Assembly (NCBI GenBank): GCA_050942615.1
Contig: JBMNNQ010000001.1
Coordinates: forward strand, 12,385 to 76,384
Direction of reading: 5' to 3'
Length of the DNA stretch: 64,000 bases
From: Dethiobacteria bacterium
GTDB lineage: Bacteria > Bacillota > Dethiobacteria > DTU022 > UBA8154
The notes under the pieces are model-generated. The model did no database searches. It saw only the letters and a program-made list of their open reading frames with translations, and was not told the DNA's origin. Both the position numbers and the translations under genes were made by a program. Shown piece after piece: positions 29,554 through 38,383 of this stretch (position 1 is the stretch's first letter; each line of letters begins with the position of its first letter).

Positions 29554-30093
29554 CTAGTAACCGTAAAACCCATGGATAATAATGCCTGTTTCTGCAGTAT
29601 CATCGTTTTCTTCCCCATTTTCCTTCTCAACAATGTCTATAAATATTTTGATGACAGCCTGCGCGCTTCTTTCCCCGGGGGCAGATCTGTAATAACCGCG
29701 CACAACAAGTGTGTGGTAATGCTCGTAACCGTATAAATGACCCGGGGGCAGCCACTCCAGGGTAAAATATTCTTCTGCCGGCCCAGTACCGACATAAACC
29801 GGCATCCCCCCGGTATTATGCAGAAAGTATTCCGGCTGTTCATTTAAGAGGGCCAGGGCCGCCTCTACCCCTGCTTCGGCAATATAGTGTGCCTTAATTT
29901 TTTGGGTGTAACCTTTGGCAATGAACCTTTCCTGTTGGGAACCTTGCAAAAAAACAGCCCCGAGCAGCAGCAGTGCAGTAGTTATAAATATAACTAAAAA
30001 TAATATAGAGCCTTTTTCTTCTTTAAGGAAAAGAAAAATTGTTTTTTTTGTCTGGATAAGGTTAAGATTAAACCTTTTACACAGGTGGAACAT
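29554..30093 (-). CDS. Minor pilin / pilus assembly protein (ComGG/PilX-like; no canonical G-F-T-L-x-E motif)
   Basis: N-terminal hydrophobic anchor (SILFLVIFITTALLLLGAV) and operon position. Confidence 0.5.
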   Translation of the reverse strand: MFHLCKRFNLNLIQTKKTIFLFLKEEKGSILFLVIFITTALLLLGAVFLQGSQQERFIAKGYTQKIKAHYIAEAGVEAALALLNEQPEYFLHNTGGMPVYVGTGPAEEYFTLEWLPPGHLYGYEHYHTLVVRGYYRSAPGERSAQAVIKIFIDIVEKENGEENDDTAETGIIIHGFYGY

Positions 30094-30109
30094 TTTTTTG
30101 CTTCCCCCG

Positions 30110-30757
30110 TCACTTGATCGGCAAAACCAGATTCTGCAACCGCACTACGCTTTGCAAAACGCAGGAAACCCCGCGGGCCGGATCCGGATCCTTTTCCTGT
30201 ATTCTTAAAACCACCAAAATCATGGGGGGTAAGTCCAGGCTGTTGCCCGCCTGTGAATCCTCCGGGGGAAGGTAACGGAAAAAATCAAGCCCGGCTATAC
30301 AGTAGGCAATTTCATTATATGGTCCTGTTCCACTTCTGAGTTCAAGGGCTTTTTTTGTTTTGTTAAATTTAAGGGTATAAGTGGTAATTACTTTTTCTTC
30401 GTTTTTTTTGGTAAATCCGGTCAAAGTCAGGCTGGCAGCCCCCTGCTGCAGTTCATCACCGGGGCAGTATAAAGGGAGGGCTTGGACGTCTTTTAGGGTG
30501 CAGGCATAACGCAGTATCCCCGTTATTTTATCCATGGCAATCCTGGCATTTTGCTGGACATCCACGGCGGCTAAACTGCGCTTATAGCCTTGCAGGTTGC
30601 CGTAATAAAAAGTCAGCAGAGTTGTCAGCAACAGACTAAAAATAGCTGTTGCCAAAACAATTTCTATTAAGGTGGCACCATGTTCCAGCCCCAACCTTTT
30701 TTTCCAAGCCTGCCAGGTTTTCAGGAGCCGCCCCGGCGCAATTTTACCACAAGTCAT
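30110..30757 (-). CDS. Pseudopilin (prepilin-type N-terminal domain, GspJ/PilW-like)
   Basis: Contains HGATLIEIVLATAIFSLLL. Confidence 0.65.
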   Translation of the reverse strand: MTCGKIAPGRLLKTWQAWKKRLGLEHGATLIEIVLATAIFSLLLTTLLTFYYGNLQGYKRSLAAVDVQQNARIAMDKITGILRYACTLKDVQALPLYCPGDELQQGAASLTLTGFTKKNEEKVITTYTLKFNKTKKALELRSGTGPYNEIAYCIAGLDFFRYLPPEDSQAGNSLDLPPMILVVLRIQEKDPDPARGVSCVLQSVVRLQNLVLPIK

Positions 30758-30793
30758 GTTATACCGCCAAATTTTATTTTCAAGGCCATCTGA

Positions 30794-31417
30794 TCAACAT
30801 TTCATGATCAACGTCCCTACATTTTGAAACCTTCTGGAACCCCCTGGAAATATTTTAAGCCTTCCTGAACCCTCTGGAATCTTAAAACTGTACCTTTTTT
30901 TGGCATTAAAAACCTTTAGGGAAATCCCCCCGGCTGTGGCCCTACAGGTTTTAGTTTCAGTTTCGATTTCATCAATGTCAGTATCAGAACCAGTTTTTGC
31001 CTTGCAACCTTCCCCTAAATAAGAAACCAGGGAAACAGTACGGGGGTTTTCTGAATTCCCCCAGGAAACGAGTACCTTCAGAAATAATATTTCCCCCACT
31101 GCATCGGGGAACAGGTCTGATAAAGGTACAGGCATAATTTTTGTTTCCCGGGTATAATCCCCTCTTGCTTCTTGCCAGCAGGCTTCTTCTTCCCCCTGCA
31201 GGCAGTTTTTAAGCGCTGCATAACCCCTGCCCTTGAGTATCTCCATCCCCTCCTGGGCCAGAGTTGCAGCCTCTGTTTCCTGGCGGCTGAAACGAATGAA
31301 GGCTGCAGAACTTGTAAACAGGGAAGAAATGGGCATGATCAGGATGCCCACCATGGCAACTGCCGCCAGAACTTCAATTAAACTGAAACCATCCTCTTTT
31401 TTCAAGAAAAAAAACAT
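30794..31417 (-). CDS. Pseudopilin (prepilin-type N-terminal domain, PilV/GspI-like)
   Basis: Contains DGFSLIEVLAAVAMVGIL. Confidence 0.7.
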   Translation of the reverse strand: MFFFLKKEDGFSLIEVLAAVAMVGILIMPISSLFTSSAAFIRFSRQETEAATLAQEGMEILKGRGYAALKNCLQGEEEACWQEARGDYTRETKIMPVPLSDLFPDAVGEILFLKVLVSWGNSENPRTVSLVSYLGEGCKAKTGSDTDIDEIETETKTCRATAGGISLKVFNAKKRYSFKIPEGSGRLKIFPGGSRRFQNVGTLIMKC

Positions 31418-31423
31418 TTTTCC

Positions 31424-31951
31424 CTATTCCGCAAGGTAAATATAAATATTGTTGTGGTCATCCCCTGTTGCCTTGGTAACATCTTTTCCGAGTTTATCTT
31501 CTAGTTTGTCAACAGCACTTTCAGGCACCTTACTTAATTTTAGGTACAGTTTGTCCCCGTTGCCCCCACCTTCCTCACCTTCTACATTTTTTGTTAACGT
31601 ATAGGTGCCGCCCCAGGGGTTTTTTTCAGGCCATCTGTCCAGGTAGGGGCCGTTCCAACCTTCGAGATCTGAACCTTCACTAGGCTTTTCAGCAAGGCCG
31701 GGATCCTTTCCCCCGGTTTCACCGCTTTCACCGCTTTCACTGCTTGCGGTGCTTTCCGGCCACGCTCCGGTATCGGCATGGTAGGCCAGGGCTGCGCTTT
31801 GAATGCTTTTGCTGTCTGCCACCACCGCAACCACCCGGCTGCTTTCAATGGCCTTCAAAATATTGGGGGTTACTACAGCTCCTAAAATAGCAATAATGGC
31901 TACCACAATAATCAGTTCGATCAGGGTAAAACCATCCTCTTTCCTTAACAC
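31424..31951 (-). CDS. Major type IV pilin / ComGC-GspG-like pseudopilin
   Basis: Contains EDGFTLIELIIVVAIIAILGAVVTPN followed by a Gly/Glu-rich variable region and an NPWGGTYT motif. Confidence 0.8.
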   Translation of the reverse strand: MLRKEDGFTLIELIIVVAIIAILGAVVTPNILKAIESSRVVAVVADSKSIQSAALAYHADTGAWPESTASSESGESGETGGKDPGLAEKPSEGSDLEGWNGPYLDRWPEKNPWGGTYTLTKNVEGEEGGGNGDKLYLKLSKVPESAVDKLEDKLGKDVTKATGDDHNNIYIYLAE

Positions 31952-32034
31952 CTGTATACAACCTCCTTATTTTAATTTATTTCCCTGCAGAAACAGGCAG
32001 GAAAAAAGTTTAAGCAACTAATAATTACAGTTTG

Positions 32035-33114
32035 CTAAAGTATCTGGTAGATCTCAAAGACAGGCAAAATAACAGCCAGGACAATAAAAGTAACTATTGT
32101 CGCCATGACCAAAATCAGCGCCGGTTCCAGCATGGCATGCAGGCGTGAAACGGCGTAGGAAACGTCCATTTCATAAAATTCTGCTGTTTTTAAAAGCAGG
32201 TGCCCCAGGTTGCCTGTCTGTTCCCCGATATGAACTTTTTCTACAAGCATTGGCGGGAAAAAATTGAAGGTTGCTAAATTTTCAGCTAGGGAGCGCCCCC
32301 GGACAACGCCCCTTTCAACCTGCTTGATATTTGCAGAAATAATCCTGTTTTCCATAACTGCCTGAAGCAAATTCAATGCGGGCAACAAAACCATGCCGCT
32401 TTCCAAAAGGGTTCCCAGTATCCGGCAAAAACGGGCCAACATGATTTTCCTATAGACAGAACAAAAGAAAGGAAAGTCAAGGCGCAGCCGATCAGCCAAG
32501 TGGGCACCCTGTTCTGTCTGCAGGCACCTTCCCAGGATCAAACAAAATATCATTAACACCAGTAAAAGCAGATACCAGTGGGCTACGAAAATTCTGCCCA
32601 GGCTAAAAAATACTTTTGTAAGCAGCGGTATTTCCAGGCCCAGGTTTTCAAAAACCCGCATAAAGTTGGGTAAAACAAACACCAATATAAAAATTACAAT
32701 TAAAAAAACAACCCCCACTAAAAATTTGGGGTAGAAGGTGGCCGTCTTGATTTTTTGTTCCAAATCATACTGTTTTTCAAAATGCCGGGCCAGTTGTTCT
32801 AAAACAGTATCTAAAACTCCCCCCTCTTCACCGGCCCTTACCATGCTGAGCAGGATGTCCGGAAAAATATCACTGTGTTCAGCCAGAGAATCAGCCAAGA
32901 GATGCCCGCTTTCCAGCCTTGCGGCTACTATCCGCAGTCTTTCCCTGATTACAGGCTGTTCTGTTTGTTCACCCAGCAGCTGCAGGCTGTGGAGAAAGGT
33001 AATCCCGGCAGCATTCAGAACGGCAAGCTGCCGGCAAAATGTCATCAAGTCCCTGGTTTTCGGACGGGAATGAAAAAAGAAAGGACTGTGTTTATGTTCA
33101 GCATTGAATGACAT
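32035..33114 (-). CDS. Type II secretion / type IV pilus platform protein (GspF/PilC/ComGB family)
   Basis: 359 aa with a duplicated GspF domain and three TM helices. Confidence 0.85.
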   Translation of the reverse strand: MSFNAEHKHSPFFFHSRPKTRDLMTFCRQLAVLNAAGITFLHSLQLLGEQTEQPVIRERLRIVAARLESGHLLADSLAEHSDIFPDILLSMVRAGEEGGVLDTVLEQLARHFEKQYDLEQKIKTATFYPKFLVGVVFLIVIFILVFVLPNFMRVFENLGLEIPLLTKVFFSLGRIFVAHWYLLLLVLMIFCLILGRCLQTEQGAHLADRLRLDFPFFCSVYRKIMLARFCRILGTLLESGMVLLPALNLLQAVMENRIISANIKQVERGVVRGRSLAENLATFNFFPPMLVEKVHIGEQTGNLGHLLLKTAEFYEMDVSYAVSRLHAMLEPALILVMATIVTFIVLAVILPVFEIYQIL

Positions 33115-33209
33115 CTCATCCCCCCCTCCAGCCTGTAACAGCGCCTAAACGACAGACCAGCCAGATCCACTAAAAAAGTTAAAATATTCTGCCTTATAAA
33201 AACCTGTTT

Positions 33210-34526
33210 TTAGAGAACTGTGTAGGTCACCTGCAGCACCTCCTGCAGGGTGGTCAGGCCTTCCCGGACCCTGTCCAGTCCATCCTGTAAAAGCGTTTGC
33301 ATGCCCTGGTTAACGGCATGGTGCCGGATTTCTTCTGTGCTGCCGGACCTAAGAATAATTTTGCGCATTGTATTGTCTACCGGCATGACCTCATGTATAG
33401 CAGTTCGCCCGGCATAGCCGGTAAAATGGCACCTTTCACACCCCTTGCCTTTGGTAAAGATTATATTTTGCACACTGTTGCCGCCGGCTTCTTCATAAAA
33501 AGCCAGTTCTGCAGCAGGGGGGGTATATTTTTCACGGCAATAGTTACAGGTAAGGCGGCATAAACGTTGGGCAACTACTCCGACTAAGGCAGAGGCCAGC
33601 AGAAAGGGCTTCACGCCCATATCCAAAAGACGGGTTGCGGCTCCCGGGGCATCATTGGTATGAAGGGTGGAAAATACCTGGTGGCCGGTCAGAGCTGCCC
33701 TGGTGGCAATTTCAGCTGTTTCATTGTCACGGATCTCACCGAGCATCACAATGTCAGGATCCTGGCGCAAAATATGGCGCAACGCCCGGGCAAAAGTCAG
33801 CCTCACCTTGTCGTTTACCTGGACCTGGTTAATACCGTCCAGCCTGTACTCCACGGGATCTTCTATAGTAATGATATTACGACTGGGGTTGTTGAGGTGG
33901 TGCAGGGTGGAATAAAGGGTTGTCGTCTTGCCACAACCGGCTGGCCCGGTAACCAGCACCATGCCGTGGGGGCTTCTGAGAAAACGAAGGTAACTGCAAT
34001 ATTTTTCATCTTTGAAACCCAAGGCATCAAGGGGTATCACAATTTTATCCGGACGGAGCAGGCGTACCACTATTTTTTCACCATGAATGGTTGGCAGGGT
34101 GGAAAGGCGAACGTTTACGGTCAGTTCACCCCACTGTACCTGAATGTTTCCGTCCTGGGGCAGCCTTTTTTCCGCAATGTCCATCCCGGCCAGTATTTTC
34201 AGGCGGGAAACAACTAAAGGAGCAATTTCCCAGGAGAATATATCCAACCCCCTTAGTTTACCATCCACGCGCATCCGGGCCCGTAAACCTTCCTCTGCCG
34301 GCTCCAGGTGAATATCGCTGGCATCCTCGTTTATGGCAAGGGTTAACAAGGAATCAGTCAGCTGTGCTGCAGAAAGATCACTACTGTCTTCAGTCTGGTA
34401 AACTACAGCGCTTTCTTTAATTTCAAGCGGTAAACGCATGGGGAACGAATTTTTTTTGCTGCGCTGTTCGGAATGTTTTACAGAATGCCCCCACAGTCCC
34501 CCTTTTAAGGTAAAGGTTTTTTCCAT
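33210..34526 (-). CDS. Type IV pilus / T2SS assembly ATPase (GspE/PilB/ComGA family)
   Basis: Walker A VLVTGPAGCGKTT and the tetracysteine motif CxxC...CERCHFTGY. Start at MEKTF, preceded by GGAGG and immediately after the peptidase stop. Confidence 0.9.
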   Translation of the reverse strand: MEKTFTLKGGLWGHSVKHSEQRSKKNSFPMRLPLEIKESAVVYQTEDSSDLSAAQLTDSLLTLAINEDASDIHLEPAEEGLRARMRVDGKLRGLDIFSWEIAPLVVSRLKILAGMDIAEKRLPQDGNIQVQWGELTVNVRLSTLPTIHGEKIVVRLLRPDKIVIPLDALGFKDEKYCSYLRFLRSPHGMVLVTGPAGCGKTTTLYSTLHHLNNPSRNIITIEDPVEYRLDGINQVQVNDKVRLTFARALRHILRQDPDIVMLGEIRDNETAEIATRAALTGHQVFSTLHTNDAPGAATRLLDMGVKPFLLASALVGVVAQRLCRLTCNYCREKYTPPAAELAFYEEAGGNSVQNIIFTKGKGCERCHFTGYAGRTAIHEVMPVDNTMRKIILRSGSTEEIRHHAVNQGMQTLLQDGLDRVREGLTTLQEVLQVTYTVL

Positions 34527-34552
34527 ATAATTACCTCCCCACCTTATAGAAT

Positions 34553-35083
34553 TTAAAGAAAAGATAGATACCACTGCCAGATCTCTCGTCCCCAAAAGGC
34601 TGTTAAAAAATAGGCCAGTGAAAGAATAGGGGCAAAAGGCAACGCAGCATGCCATGTTTTCTTTTTAAAAAGAAGTAACACCATCCCGATTACGGCGCCG
34701 GAAATAAAAGCTAACATAAAAACAAGCAGGACAGAAGGCCAACCGATGGCCAGACCTAGAACAGCCGTCAACTTAACGTCTCCCGCCCCCAGGCCACCCT
34801 TGCTTAAAAAGGCAACCAGATAAAAAAGGCCGCCCCCGGCCAGAAAACCTGCCAAGGATGACCCATGTGGAAAGCGGGGACAAAGGAGTTGCCAGAGAAA
34901 AACCCAAAAAAAAAGCAACAAAACCAAAAAATTAGGGATCATCATTTTTTGCAGATCCTTTACAGATATTAAAAACAGAAAAAGCAGGATTATAACATCA
35001 CGCAAGAAATTTGCAGCAAAAAAACTGGTACACAAAAAAGATTCCCCCTTGATAATTTTCCTTCCCGCCTCCCTGCGGCCCAA
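34553..35083 (-). CDS. A24-family prepilin peptidase, short form (no N-terminal Zn-binding or methyltransferase domain)
   Basis: Catalytic Asp motifs ...VKDLQKMMIPN and GGLGAGDVKL. The start is uncertain. Confidence 0.75.
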   Translation of the reverse strand: MGRREAGRKIIKGESFLCTSFFAANFLRDVIILLFLFLISVKDLQKMMIPNFLVLLLFFWVFLWQLLCPRFPHGSSLAGFLAGGGLFYLVAFLSKGGLGAGDVKLTAVLGLAIGWPSVLLVFMLAFISGAVIGMVLLLFKKKTWHAALPFAPILSLAYFLTAFWGREIWQWYLSFL

Positions 35084-35435
35084 GTTTCAGGGTCTACCAT
35101 CTATAACCAATACACCCTGGAACCATGCTATCTTTAGCAGCAACCAGAAACCTTACCATAGGCGTTATTTTACGCTTTTTACGCTAATAAATTACAAAAA
35201 ACGGTGGTTTTATTACTATTAATTCAACACAAATAGACCTTTTCCTTTTTTTATAAATTTTATTAAGAAGATTCTTTTCTTTTTTTACCCTGTAACTTTT
35301 TAAAGAAGTATTTTTTATTTACATTTTGTGGACATAATATGAGCAAAAGCATAGCCTCTAGGGCGGATTCCCTATTTAACCTTTTATTTTTCTGTTAGTG
35401 GCAGCAATGAAATAATTCAATAAAGGGGGTTTAAA

Positions 35436-35669
35436 ATGAAACGATTGGAACAAAATGTTGTCAGCAAAGAATTGGCACCCTATCTTAAAGGGAAGGGAAT
35501 TAAGGATGCCGGTTCCCTGTTAAAAATAGTCCGCAGGGCGCTGGAAGATATAAAAAAAGAAGAGCCCTGCCTGGCAGAGCTGAATATCGGTGAAATTTCC
35601 TTTTTGCAGGATCAAAAAAGCGGGATCACCTTGAAAGTATATTTTGATGATTACCCTCCGGGTTTTTAA
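35436..35669 (+). CDS. Hypothetical small protein (77 aa)
   Basis: Strong RBS AAAGGGGG at the right spacing from the ATG. It is one of only two plus-strand genes in the window and is divergent from the pilus operon. No recognisable domain. Confidence 0.45.
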   Translation: MKRLEQNVVSKELAPYLKGKGIKDAGSLLKIVRRALEDIKKEEPCLAELNIGEISFLQDQKSGITLKVYFDDYPPGF

Positions 35670-35696
35670 TACCTCCCGCCGGCATTGCCCGGCAGG

Positions 35697-36269
35697 CTAT
35701 TCCAAATAACCCTTGCGCTTGAGGCCGGAAAGCACAATTTTTTCAACCTTGCGCACACACATTGTCCCTAAAAATTCACGTTTATTGATAGGATGGACAA
35801 GTATTGTATAGAGCCCCAAACGGTTTCCCCCCAGGATATCGGTAAAAATCTGATCTCCGACCACTGCCACCTGCGGCGGCGTAAGTTCCATCAGGGCCAG
35901 CGCCTTGCGAAAAGTGCGGCGACGTGGTTTTACTGCCTTCCAGAAAGCCGGTAAATCAAATATTTTCTGTACTTTCTCACCCCGGCGGGCATCGTTGTTG
36001 GAGACGATGCAGGCATTGAAACCCGAATTTTTCACTTCATCAATCCAGGATCTTACTTCTGGAAAAACAGCGTGTTCGTTCCAGGGCACAAGGGTATTAT
36101 CTAAATCCAAAATCAGTCCCTCAATGCCTTTTCCTTTTAAATTCTGCAAATCTATTTGATGAACATCCTTGACAAACTGTTTGGGACACAAGTAACTTAG
36201 CACTGCCATAATCCTCCTAGAATCCACAAGCGCACTTTCCTTATAAAATGAAAAATGCACTAAGAGCAT
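35697..36269 (-). CDS. yqeG: YqeG-family HAD-IIIA phosphatase
   Basis: HAD motifs LILDLDNTL and VVGDQIFTDILGGN. Confidence 0.75.
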   Translation of the reverse strand: MLLVHFSFYKESALVDSRRIMAVLSYLCPKQFVKDVHQIDLQNLKGKGIEGLILDLDNTLVPWNEHAVFPEVRSWIDEVKNSGFNACIVSNNDARRGEKVQKIFDLPAFWKAVKPRRRTFRKALALMELTPPQVAVVGDQIFTDILGGNRLGLYTILVHPINKREFLGTMCVRKVEKIVLSGLKRKGYLE

Positions 36270-36540
36270 GCTGGTTTTCTTATTTTAGAAACTGCCGCTT
36301 ACCAGTATACCAGAAAAAAAACCTTTAACAAAGACGAGCAGGAAAGTAAAACAGGCGGAAAATTTATAGGGTTTAGGGGGGGCTACCCATTATTTAGCAG
36401 TACCCAAAAGCAGAAGAAAGAGGTGATCTACAAAACAGGGTAAAAGGACATCCACCGGGTGGATTTAAACCGTTTTGGAGATCATTTTGTTTTGAAGATC
36501 ATTTTCCGGGTAATAGTGTTTGTTCGACATTTTGCAGGTT

Positions 36541-37230
36541 TTAAGGCTGAAATTCTTCAGCAATCTGGCCCAGGATCCTTTTTTCGATCCGGGAAACATA
36601 AGAACGAGAGATGCCCAACTCGCCGGCCACTTCACGCTGTGTATATTTCTTCCTGCCCTCCAGTCCGTAGCGCATCACTAAAACTTTCTGATCCCTGATT
36701 TTTAACTTTTTAATAATTCTCTTCAGTTTTTCATTGAAAAGGATTATCTCCACTTCATCCAACACTATTTCCGGGCTGCTGCCCAGGATATCCTCAAAGG
36801 TAATTTCATTGCCGTCTTTATCGGCGCCAATCGGTTCGCTGATGGAGACCTCCTGCCTGACCTTCCTGTTGGCCCGGATGTGCATCAAAATTTCGTTCTG
36901 AACACATTTGGCAGCATAAGTAGCCAGACGGGCCCCCTTGGTGCCATCATAGGTGTTAATCGCCTTAATAAGGCCGATTGTACCGATCGAGATCAGATCA
37001 TCCTTGCTTTCCCCCGTATTTTCAAATTTTTTTACCACATGGGCTACCAGCCTTAAGTTACGTTCGATCAAAACCTGCCGCGCTTCCCTGTTTCCCCTGC
37101 TTAAAAGTTCCAGGTAATGTTTTTCCTCCTGTTTGTTCAGGGGCTGGGGAAAAGAATCGCTGGTGATGTAAGACACAAGAAGCATGATGCCCCTTAGAAC
37201 CAGGGCAACTGTTGCCATTAAAGAAAACAT
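36541..37230 (-). CDS. sigK: Sporulation sigma factor SigK (pro-sigmaK, uninterrupted)
   Basis: Pro-sequence junction ...SYITSDSFPQPLNKQEEKHYLE (B. subtilis has YVKNNAFPQPLSSSEEKKYLE). Regions 2.x and 4.2 match sigmaK closely, including ELGISRSYVSRIEKR. Confidence 0.85.
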   Translation of the reverse strand: MFSLMATVALVLRGIMLLVSYITSDSFPQPLNKQEEKHYLELLSRGNREARQVLIERNLRLVAHVVKKFENTGESKDDLISIGTIGLIKAINTYDGTKGARLATYAAKCVQNEILMHIRANRKVRQEVSISEPIGADKDGNEITFEDILGSSPEIVLDEVEIILFNEKLKRIIKKLKIRDQKVLVMRYGLEGRKKYTQREVAGELGISRSYVSRIEKRILGQIAEEFQP

Positions 37231-37314
37231 CCCTTTTTTCCCACCTTCTCATAACTTAAAAGGTCACCTTTTAAGTATATGGGTTAAAAAGGGATTTCGT
37301 GCGTGTCCAAATTG

Positions 37315-38214
37315 TTAAAGCCCGCGTAAATATTCCGGCCGCAGACTGCCGGTATCTCTTTGTTGATATACTGCGTCCAGGGCTTGCAGCAGTGCTTTTT
37401 TGTCCCGGGGCAGGGTGCCCTTCAGGGGCAGGTAATTGGAGGCATGGTTACAGCGGAAAACACAGTTGGAAAGCGCCAACGGTTCCAACATCAGCCTGAT
37501 TTCATGCAGCATTTCCAGCGGTGCCAGCACTGCAAACTGTCCCCTTTCCACCCGTCTGGCCAGCGGTGTGTTCTGGCAAACCATCAGGGTTAGCAGGCCC
37601 AAATATTCGGGATCGATCTCATTTAAAAGGGTAGCTGTATCATGCGCATGGGCAGCCATCTTTTCATAACCGCCCAGGCCGTTGATAACGGTCACAGAAA
37701 GCGTCAGGCCCGCCTTCCGGGCGCGCTGCCCGGCCTTGCTAACCTCTTCCCGCGTGGCTCCCTTGCGGATCCAGGCTAAGAGTTCTTCATTTCCTGTTTC
37801 CACACCCATGTAGACAATGCCCATCCCCGCCTTTTTCAAGGCTTCCAATTCCCGGGGCTCTTTATGCAAAAGATCCTGGGGCGTAGCATAAACACTGACC
37901 CGTTCCAGCTGGGGAAAGGTTTTGTAAAGCTTGTTCAAAATGGCCAGTAACTTGGGGGCATCCATGGCCATGGCATTGCCATCAGCCAAAAATACCCGTC
38001 TGATGTTTCGGTAATAACCGGCGGCACTGTCTATGTCTTCAAAAATATCCTGTAAATCCCTCTCGCGGTATTTTTTATCCTTAAAAGTGATACAGAATAT
38101 GCATTTATTGTGAGAACAGCCAATTGTCGCCTGCAAAATTAAACTCCCGGCTTCACTGGGTGGACGATATATTGCACCTTCGTAACGCACTAAGCTTAAA
38201 CCCCCTTCAGGCAA
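37315..38214 (-). CDS. Radical SAM domain protein
   Basis: 299 aa with cluster motif GCSHNKCIFC (Cx4Cx2C spacing) and TIM-barrel-like glycine motifs. Confidence 0.7.
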   Translation of the reverse strand: MPEGGLSLVRYEGAIYRPPSEAGSLILQATIGCSHNKCIFCITFKDKKYRERDLQDIFEDIDSAAGYYRNIRRVFLADGNAMAMDAPKLLAILNKLYKTFPQLERVSVYATPQDLLHKEPRELEALKKAGMGIVYMGVETGNEELLAWIRKGATREEVSKAGQRARKAGLTLSVTVINGLGGYEKMAAHAHDTATLLNEIDPEYLGLLTLMVCQNTPLARRVERGQFAVLAPLEMLHEIRLMLEPLALSNCVFRCNHASNYLPLKGTLPRDKKALLQALDAVYQQRDTGSLRPEYLRGL

Positions 38215-38383
38215 AAAGCTGCCAAATCCATTTATAATATTATATCACAAATTTTACAAAATGTTAGGCAGCTTTTAAAACCGCCCATTTACCTTGTCAG
38301 CGGTCCTTTGGAAACCGGCATTAGCCAGGCCGCCCGTTTCATCCGCCAGGTGCCCGGGGAACAGTAGGGCCTGCGGTTGGGAT

